Origin: a bacterium
GTDB lineage: Bacteria > Auribacterota > UBA3054
Direction: 5' to 3'
Assembly: GCA_017616555.1 (NCBI GenBank)
Contig: JAFZXZ010000032.1
Location: forward strand, 41,099-105,098
Length of the DNA stretch: 64,000 nucleotides
How positions within the stretch are numbered: position 1 is the stretch's first letter; each line of letters begins with the position of its first letter. The notes beneath the pieces are model-generated. The model did not search any database and was not told the DNA's origin. It worked only from the letters and a program-made list of their open reading frames with translations. The translations under genes and the position numbers were made by a program. This document shows, piece by piece, positions 42,508-51,154 of the stretch.

Positions 42508-45093
42508 ATGAAAGAAAAAGAAAACAGAACGCCCTCTCCGGCCGATTATGAGACGCCCATGATGCGCCAGTATTTCGAGCTTAAGCGCAAATATCCCGGA
42601 ATGCTGCTCTTCTTCCGTCTGGGCGACTTCTACGAGCTGTTCGACGACGACGCTAGGGAAGTGTCGACGCTCCTCGGTCTGACGCTGACGCACCGCGTAA
42701 ACATGCCGATGTGCGGCGTGCCATACCATGCCGCGGAAAGCTACATCAATAAGCTCGTCAAAATGCGGCGCAGAGTGGCGGTCTGCGATCAGATGGAAGA
42801 TCCAAAGAAAGCGAAAGGTCTTGTTAAGCGCGAAATAACCAGGATCGTGACGCCCTCCACAAATCTGGATGACGAACAGGCTTCAAAACAGGGGAACAAT
42901 TTCCTGGCGACCGTCTGCTCCGTCAAATCGAAGGGCAGGGAAGTTTTCGGCGCCGCCTTCCTCGACGTGGCCACCGGCAGTTTCGAGATGACGGAAATGA
43001 ATTCCTGTGAGGAGGCTGTGGAAGAACTGCGCCGCCTGCAGCCGACTGAGATCATTTACCCGGAGAGCGGGGAAAGCGTATGGCAGCCGGCTTTGAGCGG
43101 CATCCAGAATGCCTTGGTCATGGGGATCGACGACCTTTATTTCGACGACGGCTGCAACGTGCTGCTGTCGCATTTCCAGGTCGTTTCGCTGGACGGCTTC
43201 GGCTGCGCCGACAAAGTTTGCGGCGTGATGTGCGCCGGCGCTGCGCTCCGCTACATCAAAGAGAATTTCGCCATGCTGCCCCTCGACCACATCATGGGTC
43301 TGAGGTATTACGAGAAGTCGAATTTCATGCGCTTGGGCGAGCACACCAGGAGAAATTTGGAACTGGTGCGCTCCATGCGCGAAGGCGGAACGGAAGGCAC
43401 GCTTTTCTCCGTGCTGGACGAGACCGCGACGCCCATGGGCTCAAGGATGCTGCGCTCCTTTCTTCTGGCGCCTCTCATTGAAAAACAGCAGATCGAGGCG
43501 CGCTACGACGCTATCGAGCTTTTGATGTCGCGTCAGGGCGAATTAATGGAGATAAAGGAGACCCTGAAGAATTTCGGCGACCTTGAGAAGCTTGTCAGCA
43601 GGCTCTCCACCGGCTACGGAACGCCGAGGGATCTTTTGGCTCTGCGCTACTGTCTGCACCAGCTGCCGGCTTTGCGAGGATACGTCATGGAGTCGCTGGC
43701 GAAGGCGCGCTCTGAAGAGCTCTTCCCCAATGAAGACCGCTACGCGCTTTTGGAGGACATCTGCGAAAAACTGACGCCTCTGCCGGAATTGACGGAACTG
43801 CTTGACCGCGCGCTTTCCGACGACCCTCCCTTGCGCCTTACTGACGGCGGCATCATAAGGGACGGTTACAATGCGGAGCTTGACGAAGTAAGGGAGCTGT
43901 CCACCAACACCAAGAATTACATTGCAGAACTTCAGAACAAAGAATCCCAGAAGACCGGCATAAAGAAACTGAAGGTCGGCTATACGAAAGTGTTCGGCTA
44001 CTACATCGAAGTCTCCAGATCTTACCTGGACCAGGTGCCCGAGGAATATATCAGGAAGCAGACGGTCGTAAACGGCGAACGCTTCATCACGCCGGAGCTG
44101 AAGGAACTTGAGAACCGCATCCTGCATGCGGAGGAGCGCGCGCTGGAACTTGAAGGAGAGCTTTTCCAGGAATTGCGCCAGGAAGTTCTGAAGAATCACC
44201 AGAGGATCCAGGAGAGCGCGGCCGCGGTCGCTTCCCTCGACGTCTTCCAGTCTCTGTCCTGGATCTCTTTGCAGCGAGATTACAGAAGGCCGAAGATCTT
44301 TACCGACACCAGGCTCGTTATCAAGAAAGGGCGCCATCCGGTCGTTGAGCGTCTGCTGCCGGACAAACGTTTCGTCCCGAACGACACGTTCCTCAACACC
44401 ACCAGCGACCAGATCGTGCTTCTGACAGGGCCTAACATGGCCGGCAAATCGACCTATATCCGCCAGGTGGCGCTTCTCACGCTCATGGCTCAGAGCGGCA
44501 TATTTATTCCCGCGGAGGAAGCGGAGATCGGCCTGGCCGATCAGATCTTCACCAGAGTGGGCGCCAGCGACGAGCTGAGCAGGGGACAGTCGACCTTCAT
44601 GGTCGAAATGACGGAGACTGCCAACATCCTTCACAACGCGACGGAAAGGAGCCTGATCATTCTGGACGAGATAGGCCGCGGCACCTCCACTTACGACGGG
44701 CTGGCTATCGCCTGGGCGGTCGTCGATTATTTGAATTCCGAAACTAAGGTGAAAGCCAGGACGCTTTTCGCCACCCATTACCATGAGCTCATAAAGCTCG
44801 AGGAGACAATGAAGGGCGTCGTGAATTACAATGTGGCGGTTTGGGAGAACGGCAAGACCATCTCCTTCCTGCACGAGATCGTCCGCGGCGGCACCAACCG
44901 CAGCTACGGCATCCATGTGGCTAAGTTGGCAGGTCTGCCCAAGCCGGTCATCGAAAGGGCGGAAAAGATCCTGTCGGGCCTGGAAGGGAAGGGCGTCGAT
45001 CCCGCTCCGCAAGCGGCTAGCGAAGAACTGAAGGTCGAGGAGCCCGCCGAAGCGCCGGCCCCTGTTGAAGCGTCCCAAATGGAGCTGTTCTGA
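42508..45093 (+). CDS. mutS: DNA mismatch repair protein MutS
   Basis: TPMMRQYFELKRKYP..LLFFRLGDFYELF, Walker A TGPNMAGKST, ILDEIGRGTSTYDG, FATHYHEL. Confidence 0.95.
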   Translation: MKEKENRTPSPADYETPMMRQYFELKRKYPGMLLFFRLGDFYELFDDDAREVSTLLGLTLTHRVNMPMCGVPYHAAESYINKLVKMRRRVAVCDQMEDPKKAKGLVKREITRIVTPSTNLDDEQASKQGNNFLATVCSVKSKGREVFGAAFLDVATGSFEMTEMNSCEEAVEELRRLQPTEIIYPESGESVWQPALSGIQNALVMGIDDLYFDDGCNVLLSHFQVVSLDGFGCADKVCGVMCAGAALRYIKENFAMLPLDHIMGLRYYEKSNFMRLGEHTRRNLELVRSMREGGTEGTLFSVLDETATPMGSRMLRSFLLAPLIEKQQIEARYDAIELLMSRQGELMEIKETLKNFGDLEKLVSRLSTGYGTPRDLLALRYCLHQLPALRGYVMESLAKARSEELFPNEDRYALLEDICEKLTPLPELTELLDRALSDDPPLRLTDGGIIRDGYNAELDEVRELSTNTKNYIAELQNKESQKTGIKKLKVGYTKVFGYYIEVSRSYLDQVPEEYIRKQTVVNGERFITPELKELENRILHAEERALELEGELFQELRQEVLKNHQRIQESAAAVASLDVFQSLSWISLQRDYRRPKIFTDTRLVIKKGRHPVVERLLPDKRFVPNDTFLNTTSDQIVLLTGPNMAGKSTYIRQVALLTLMAQSGIFIPAEEAEIGLADQIFTRVGASDELSRGQSTFMVEMTETANILHNATERSLIILDEIGRGTSTYDGLAIAWAVVDYLNSETKVKARTLFATHYHELIKLEETMKGVVNYNVAVWENGKTISFLHEIVRGGTNRSYGIHVAKLAGLPKPVIERAEKILSGLEGKGVDPAPQAASEELKVEEPAEAPAPVEASQMELF

Positions 45094-46493
45094 TGGACTT
45101 TAAGGAAGCGTTAGGAAAACTGCCCGCATACGATCGCTACGCCGTGGCCTGTTCCGGCGGCGCTGATTCTTTGGCGCTGCTTAATGCTTCCTTTGAGTAT
45201 TTCGGGCCGGAAAAGATAGTCGCCTTGCATTTTGATCACGGGATCAGAGAAATGGAGAGCGCCGAGGACGCCGCTTTCTGCAAACGTTTTGCAAAGGAAC
45301 TCGGAGTAAAGTTTTTCCTCGGCAAGGCCGAAGCCGGCCTGCTCCTGGATCCTCCGAAAGGGGAGAACCAGGAGGCGCTGGCCAGGAAGTTGCGCTATCT
45401 TTGGTTCGCCACCGTTTGCGAAAAGGAGAATATCCATTGCCTCCTGACCGCCCACCATGCCGACGACGTCGCCGAGACGATGCTCATGCATCTGATGCGC
45501 GGTTCAGGTTTGAAAGGCCTGGCAGGTCTCAGCGAGAGCGCAAAACTGTCGGATCTATTCAAGGAGATCTCCTGCGATATCACAGTTTACCGTCCGCTTC
45601 TTGAAATCAGGGCCAAAGACTGCGTGGACTACTGCCAGGCGCACAATCTTGCTTACCGCACCGACAGCACCAACAGCGACAAAAACTACACGCGCAATTG
45701 GCTTAGGCACGAGATATTGCCGAAACTCAGGGAGCGCGCCGGAGGAGACCTTACGCTTAAATTCCGCCGGACCGCCAAGCAGCTGTTTGAGCAATGGGAG
45801 TTCATAAGGGATGCGGCCGAGGATTTTTTGCGCCAGAACGCTTTAAAAGCCCACTTCGGCACGATAGTCGACTACTCAGCCTTCCTCAATGCCAAAGCAG
45901 CCTTGCAGCGCGAGGTGCTGCGTATTTTGGCCGCTGAGGAAGGAAGCTGGGACTTTGAGACGGCGGACAAGGTCCTTGCCTGTCTGAAAAACGGAACTGA
46001 GCCGGATTTCCAGCCCGCCGGCAGCATTCGCTGGCTCAAGATTGACGGCAAGCTCATTTTTTACAACGAGCAGGCTTCTTTGAAAGATTTTTTCCAGAGC
46101 GCGCTCAAAATCAAAAAGGCTGAAGCGAGGGGATGCGGTTTTTCCGACAACGGCGCCGGCTGGCTCAGATGGCTTACTGGGGAAGGCGTGACGTACAGGG
46201 AATACTTGAAAGCGGATGACTACACTGTTTCCACATTTTCCGCCGGCTTGCGCTACACTCCCACGAACGGCCCGGAGCGCAAGGCGGGCGACATGATGAC
46301 GGACGCCAAGATCCCGCTTTTCCTGCGCAAGGAGATACCCATACTTTTTTCTAAGGATTCGGCGTCCTGGATAGCAGGCTGGCGCATAGCAAAGAGCGCC
46401 GCGGTATCAGGCGCCGATGAAATAGCGGAGGTTACTCTTGAATTGCCGGGCGCAACGCCCTGGAACGGTAACAAAGGCGGTGACGCATGCTGA
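45093..46493 (+). CDS. tilS: tRNA(Ile)-lysidine synthetase
   Basis: PP-loop VACSGGADSLALL, HFDHGIR, TAHHADDVAET. Confidence 0.85.
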   Translation: MDFKEALGKLPAYDRYAVACSGGADSLALLNASFEYFGPEKIVALHFDHGIREMESAEDAAFCKRFAKELGVKFFLGKAEAGLLLDPPKGENQEALARKLRYLWFATVCEKENIHCLLTAHHADDVAETMLMHLMRGSGLKGLAGLSESAKLSDLFKEISCDITVYRPLLEIRAKDCVDYCQAHNLAYRTDSTNSDKNYTRNWLRHEILPKLRERAGGDLTLKFRRTAKQLFEQWEFIRDAAEDFLRQNALKAHFGTIVDYSAFLNAKAALQREVLRILAAEEGSWDFETADKVLACLKNGTEPDFQPAGSIRWLKIDGKLIFYNEQASLKDFFQSALKIKKAEARGCGFSDNGAGWLRWLTGEGVTYREYLKADDYTVSTFSAGLRYTPTNGPERKAGDMMTDAKIPLFLRKEIPILFSKDSASWIAGWRIAKSAAVSGADEIAEVTLELPGATPWNGNKGGDAC

Positions 46494-47341
46494 TATTTCT
46501 CATTTTCGCTTTTCTTTTCGGAGCGTCGATCGGTTCCTTCCTGAACGTGGTCATTTTGAGGCTTCCCAAGGACGAATCGCTCTGGCGCCGCAGTTCCCAC
46601 TGCTTTTCCTGCGACAAGCCGATCAAATGGTATCACAACATACCGGTCGTCAGCTATCTTGTCCTGAGAGGGAAGTGCGCCATGTGCGGCGCGCCCTTCA
46701 GCTGCCAATATTTTTTCGTTGAGCTGATAACCGGAATAGCCTTCACCGTACTCTGTTATTTCCGCTTCCGGGGACTTTTGCCGTTTTTGCCGACCGAGCC
46801 TATCGACTACCAGCTGATCCTGCCTGCGGCCGCGGCTTACGTAAGGGATGTCGTCCTTTTCTCCTCGCTTTTAGCCATAACTGTGATCGACGCCAGGGAA
46901 TTGATAATTCCTTACGAGATAACTTTGACGACCTTCATTCTGGGAATGATCATCGTTTACGCAATGCCTCAGGTTTATCCTGCTCCCGACAGGCTGACGC
47001 TAACCATAGAGCTTTTCCTTTCGGCGCTGGCGGGCGGAGCCTTGATGTGGATAGTTAGGATTGTCGGAGGCTTCGTTTTCAAAAGGGAGGCGCTGGGTTT
47101 GGGCGACGTGCACCTTATGTTTATGCTCGCGCCTTTCCTCAACTGGCCGAGAATCCTCCTTACAATTTTTCTGGCCTCCATCATAGGCTGCATAGGCGGG
47201 CTTGCTTTGAAAGCACTCTCAAAAGGGGAGAAAAAAGTCGAGATCCCCTTCGGGCCTTACCTTTCCATTTCCGCCTTCATCGCTTACTTTTGGGGGCACC
47301 TGATCATAGGCTGGTACTGGAGTCTCATGATCGGCAAATAA
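46487..47341 (+). CDS. Prepilin peptidase (A24 family, PilD-like)
   Basis: GASIGSFLNVVILRLP, Cys box SHCFSCDKPIKWYHNIPVVSYLVLRGKCAMCGAPFS, catalytic-Asp regions (VIDARE.., LGLGDVHLM), multi-TM. Confidence 0.85.
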   Translation: MLIFLIFAFLFGASIGSFLNVVILRLPKDESLWRRSSHCFSCDKPIKWYHNIPVVSYLVLRGKCAMCGAPFSCQYFFVELITGIAFTVLCYFRFRGLLPFLPTEPIDYQLILPAAAAYVRDVVLFSSLLAITVIDARELIIPYEITLTTFILGMIIVYAMPQVYPAPDRLTLTIELFLSALAGGALMWIVRIVGGFVFKREALGLGDVHLMFMLAPFLNWPRILLTIFLASIIGCIGGLALKALSKGEKKVEIPFGPYLSISAFIAYFWGHLIIGWYWSLMIGK

Positions 47342-47412
47342 AAAAGAGTCTTTTTGATAAAATATCCATTTGGGTTTTTTATAAGAAAAAAATCAAAGGA
47401 ACGGACATAGAT

Positions 47413-47835
47413 ATGAAAAAAATTCTGGCGATCATGGCAGTTATTCTGCTCTCGGGCTGCGCCTCCACGCTCTCCAACCGTGTGGCCAACACCCAAAAGG
47501 AAATCGACCTGGCTATTTCAGCCCTTGGTTATACCAAGAGCGACATCCTTCAGAGTCAGTTCGAAGAGACTACAAAGACCAAGGATGACGAGACCTACAC
47601 TTGGAAGAAAAAACACTTAAGGCTAAGGGACAACTACAAGCTCGACTGGGCGGCGCTGCACAAGTATTTCAAGACGGAAGTCGATTACTCCGAAAAAGAT
47701 TCTCTAGGAATGAGGGTCGGAGAAGCCGAGGCTGATAAGCAGAAAGTCCGTTCTTTCGAATTCGTGCTTGACAAGTGGTGCGAAGTCTATTACGTAGAAT
47801 TCGTCAGAGACATTGTAACGATCAAGAAGAAGTAA
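47413..47835 (+). CDS. Small lipoprotein, hypothetical
   Basis: I moved the start to ATG 47413. Lipobox LLSGC. Confidence 0.6.
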   Translation: MKKILAIMAVILLSGCASTLSNRVANTQKEIDLAISALGYTKSDILQSQFEETTKTKDDETYTWKKKHLRLRDNYKLDWAALHKYFKTEVDYSEKDSLGMRVGEAEADKQKVRSFEFVLDKWCEVYYVEFVRDIVTIKKK

Positions 47836-48843
47836 GTGATAGTTCTTGGCATAGAGAGTTCCTGCGACGACACGGCCGTGGCGCTTTACCGCCCCGGCAG
47901 CGAAGAGCAATTCAGTGAAGTCGTCTCGCGTCAGTACCAGATCCACGACCCCTACGGCGGCGTGGTTCCGGAACTGGCCAGCCGCAGCCATCTGGAAGCT
48001 GTTCCCAACATTACGAGGGAGTTGCTGGAGAAGAGTAACGTCAAGCTTTCAGACGTTGACCTCATTGCGGCTACCAACGGCCCCGGATTGACGGGCGCTC
48101 TTATCGTCGGGCTCACTTTCGCCAAAGGCTTAGCGCTTTCTGCAGGGAAGCCCTTCGTTCCAGTAAACCATATCGAGGCCCATATGTTTGCGGCCACCGC
48201 TGAGAACGACGTGGAGTATCCTTTCCTGGCGCTGGTGATTTCCGGCGGCCACACTTTGCTGGCCTTGGTAAGATCGACCGACGATTACGAGATCATAGGC
48301 CGCACCAGGGACGACGCGGCCGGCGAAGCGCTCGACAAGGGCGCGAAGATCCTTGGGCTTCCCATGCCCGGAGGCTTGAACCTCGCTCTGCGTGCCGAAA
48401 AAGGGCAAAGAGGAACGCCGGACGGAACGAGATTCCCGAGAGCTTACCTGAAGCCTTCCTTTGACTTCAGCTTTTCCGGCGTCAAGACCGCCCTGCTTTA
48501 CCATGTGCAGAAAAATCCTCCCAAAAGCGAGGAGGCGCTCTGCAACGTCGCCGCGGATTACGTCGAGGCGATCATGGATGTCCTGGTGAAAAAGGCTGTA
48601 AGGGCCGCCAGGGAGTTCAAGGTAAAGACTATCGTGGTGGGCGGCGGAGTCAGCTCCAACAGCCGGCTTAGGGAACTTTTCAAGAACCGCTCACGCGGCA
48701 AAGATGCCCTGAAAGTTATTTTCCCATCCTTGCCGCTCTGCACTGACAACGCGCGTATGATAGCCGCCAGAGGCTTCCAGGTCTTCAAGAAAAAAGGACC
48801 GGGAGATCTTGGCGCTGATGTTTTTTCAACTTTCGTAAATTAA
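47836..48843 (+). CDS. tsaD: tRNA N6-adenosine threonylcarbamoyltransferase
   Basis: GTG start. VLGIESSCDDTAVAL, GGVVPELASRSH, ATNGPGLTGALIVG, PVNHIEAHM, ISGGHT, GGGVSSN. Confidence 0.92.
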   Translation: MIVLGIESSCDDTAVALYRPGSEEQFSEVVSRQYQIHDPYGGVVPELASRSHLEAVPNITRELLEKSNVKLSDVDLIAATNGPGLTGALIVGLTFAKGLALSAGKPFVPVNHIEAHMFAATAENDVEYPFLALVISGGHTLLALVRSTDDYEIIGRTRDDAAGEALDKGAKILGLPMPGGLNLALRAEKGQRGTPDGTRFPRAYLKPSFDFSFSGVKTALLYHVQKNPPKSEEALCNVAADYVEAIMDVLVKKAVRAAREFKVKTIVVGGGVSSNSRLRELFKNRSRGKDALKVIFPSLPLCTDNARMIAARGFQVFKKKGPGDLGADVFSTFVN

Positions 48844-48844
48844 A

Positions 48845-50014
48845 ATGAAGCTTAGTTCACGTATCAGATCTGTCAAACCGTCGGCCACGCTCAGCATCAA
48901 CAACAAGGCCAACGAACTGAAAGCCCAGGGATACCAGGTCATCTCGATGGCGGTGGGCGAGCCGGACTTCCCGACTCCGGAGCACATCTGCCGCGCCTGC
49001 ATTGACGCCCTGAAGGCCGGGAAAACGAAATACGCCGCCACCAACGGCATCCTGCCTTTAAGGGAAGTCATCGCCAAGAAATTCCAGAGAGAGAACCACC
49101 TCAATTACCTGCCCCAGCAGATAGTCGTGAACACCGGCGCCAAGCACAGCGTCTATTGCGTTTTCCAGATCCTTCTCGACCCTGGCGACGAAGTCATAAT
49201 CCCCGCCCCTTACTGGGTGAGCTATCCCGAAATAGTGACTTTGGCCGGCGGTATTCCCGTGATCGTCCAGACCAAAGAGGAAGACCGCTTCCTAATGAAG
49301 CCAGAGCAGCTGGAAGCCGCCATCACCGACAAGACCAGAGCGCTCATCATAAACACTCCCACGAACCCCACCGGCCAAGCTTATTCCGAAGAGGAGATCA
49401 GGGCTCTGGGCGCCGTACTTAGAAGACATCCCGACGTCGCTGTCGTTTCCGACGAAATATACGAGCATCTTGTTTACGACGGCTTCAAGCACGTCAGTTT
49501 CGCCGCAGCTCTGCCTGACCTTTACGACCGCGTTTTCACGATCAACGGATATGCCAAAACTTACTCCATGACCGGCTGGCGCCTTGGCTACGTCGCCTGT
49601 CCTTCCCTGGAGGCTTCCGACGCCATCAAGCGTCTCCAGGACCAGTCCACTTCCGGCATGACGACTTTTGCCCAGTACGGCGGCGTAGTCGCCCTAAGGG
49701 ACGACCAGGCCTGCGTCCAGCGCATGCTGGAAAGCTTCGACGAGAGGAGAAAATACATCGTTCAGGCTTTGAACGAACTGCCCGGCGTCCAGTGCCCGAA
49801 CCCCCGCGGCACCTTCTACGTTTTCCCGAACATTTCCGGCTGGGGACTGCCCAGCCACGAAGCGGCCATGCGTTTGCTTGAGGATGCTTATGTCGCGACG
49901 GTCCCCGGCAGCGCTTTCGGCGGCGAGGGGCATTTGAGGCTCTCTTTTGCGACGTCGATGGACGTGCTGGAAGAAGCTGTGAAGCGGATTGCCGAGTGGA
50001 TACCGACAATATAG
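48845..50014 (+). CDS. Class I pyridoxal-phosphate aminotransferase (aspartate aminotransferase-like)
   Basis: GEPDFPTP, INTPTNPTG, SDEIYEHLVY, NGYAKTYSMTGWRLGY (PLP Lys), LRLSFA. Confidence 0.85.
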   Translation: MKLSSRIRSVKPSATLSINNKANELKAQGYQVISMAVGEPDFPTPEHICRACIDALKAGKTKYAATNGILPLREVIAKKFQRENHLNYLPQQIVVNTGAKHSVYCVFQILLDPGDEVIIPAPYWVSYPEIVTLAGGIPVIVQTKEEDRFLMKPEQLEAAITDKTRALIINTPTNPTGQAYSEEEIRALGAVLRRHPDVAVVSDEIYEHLVYDGFKHVSFAAALPDLYDRVFTINGYAKTYSMTGWRLGYVACPSLEASDAIKRLQDQSTSGMTTFAQYGGVVALRDDQACVQRMLESFDERRKYIVQALNELPGVQCPNPRGTFYVFPNISGWGLPSHEAAMRLLEDAYVATVPGSAFGGEGHLRLSFATSMDVLEEAVKRIAEWIPTI

Positions 50015-50026
50015 AGGTCTCCCTCC

Positions 50027-50118
50027 GGCCGCGGCATAATATCAATCGCTCACAATTACGCGCGCCTTGCTTACGTTAGCGTCCTCCATGAGTTCGCTTA
50101 TTGATATATGCCGCGGCC
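50027..50118 (-). repeat. Palindromic intergenic repeat, copy B' (variant outer stem, opposite orientation)
   Basis: The core cgctcacaattacgcgcgccttgcttacgttagcgtcctccatgagttcgctta aligns to copy C (63007-63102). The outer arms ggccgcggcataatatcaat / attgatatatgccgcggcc differ from those of the other copies but are still complementary to each other. Confidence 0.75.
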
Positions 50119-50147
50119 GTCGTAAAACCGTGTGCGCCGTTTGTTTG

Positions 50148-50252
50148 AAGGAGCAAAGTGCGGCGTATGCCCCTAAGCGAACTCACGGAGGATGCTAATC
50201 AAGGCAATGCACGCGTAGTCCGTGAGCGAGGGGCATACGACGACTTTGCGAC
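50148..50252 (+). repeat. Palindromic intergenic repeat, copy B
   Basis: Aligns along its whole length with copy A (24971-25075), with only scattered substitutions. Confidence 0.85.
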
Positions 50253-50269
50253 ATGAAAACAAACGCGCA

Positions 50270-50304
50270 AAAAAAAGGAAGGTCGCAAGACCTTCCTTTT
50301 TTTA
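50270..50304. terminator. Bidirectional rho-independent terminator
   Basis: An A-run, then stem aggaaggtc / gaccttcct with loop gcaa, then a T7 run. It can serve both the + strand aminotransferase gene and the minus-strand DUF805 gene. Confidence 0.8.
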
Positions 50305-50320
50305 TTGCTTAATGTTCAGC

Positions 50321-50611
50321 TTATTTGCTGGGCAGGAAGCACAGGATGATTTCCAAAACAAGTCCGGCAGGCGGGCAGATGAAAAGAAGGGCCCACCAGC
50401 CAGTATGGCCGGAATCGTGCAGGCGGCGAACCGTCAGGGAGATCGTCGCGATAAAAACGATGATTGCAATGATCTTGCCGACAGTTCCCAAAGCACCGCC
50501 GAAAATTAAGCCAACGATCAGGCAGACAACGAGGGGAATGATGTAGCCTTTCTGGTTCGTTTTGCCGCTGAAATTCAGGATATTGGTGAAGAAGCTAATG
50601 AGTTCGTTCAT
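50321..50611 (-). CDS. DUF805-family small inner-membrane protein
   Basis: RRLHDSGHTGWW signature flanked by TM helices. Confidence 0.75.
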   Translation of the reverse strand: MNELISFFTNILNFSGKTNQKGYIIPLVVCLIVGLIFGGALGTVGKIIAIIVFIATISLTVRRLHDSGHTGWWALLFICPPAGLVLEIILCFLPSK

Positions 50612-50689
50612 GATGATACTCCTTATTTGTTGGATAAAGGTTAATGTCTAATTTATTATAGCTTATTTGACCGTAAAATTGAAATGGTT

Positions 50690-51139
50690 TCAGCCGTTTA
50701 TGGCTCTTTTAGCGACGTAAACGCGGAAGAGGGCGGCTGCTAAGAGCATGATTAGGATGTGCCAGAGCGCCGGCCAGGCGGCCGAAACGATGCAGGCGAT
50801 GATCGCGATGGGCACGATACCGAAGCCGCAGAGCAAAATTCCTACTATGAGCCACACAACGTTGAAGACGTTCAGGGTCAGATAGGCGGAAAAGACGAAA
50901 AGGAAAAAGCCCAGGATGTAGGAAATGATGAGGATCGGGGGCAGCAGGGGCCTCGTCAAGCCCGGTATTAGTGAGAGGATGACAAGTATCACGCCTATGC
51001 CTATGACGGTGGGGGAAATGAACGTCAGAGGCGCTATGAAGGCACTAAGGAACTGAGCTCCCTTGTAAATAAGGAAGATGATGAAGACGATCGCCAGCAA
51101 AACGAGGATGGAGGCGAGGAAGTTGCCGAGCTGTTTCAT
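50690..51139 (-). CDS. Hypothetical polytopic membrane protein
   Basis: About 4 hydrophobic helices. I recognise no motif. It lies 15 nt downstream of the XPB-like gene. Confidence 0.55.
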   Translation of the reverse strand: MKQLGNFLASILVLLAIVFIIFLIYKGAQFLSAFIAPLTFISPTVIGIGVILVILSLIPGLTRPLLPPILIISYILGFFLFVFSAYLTLNVFNVVWLIVGILLCGFGIVPIAIIACIVSAAWPALWHILIMLLAAALFRVYVAKRAING

Positions 51140-51154
51140 ATTTTAAGCCTTGTG

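Noticed and set aside
47342-47412. Promoter-like TTGATA and AT-rich hexamers upstream of the small lipoprotein gene.
   Set aside because: The -10 candidates (ttttat / tataag) are poor or badly spaced. This is indistinguishable from generic AT-rich intergenic sequence.
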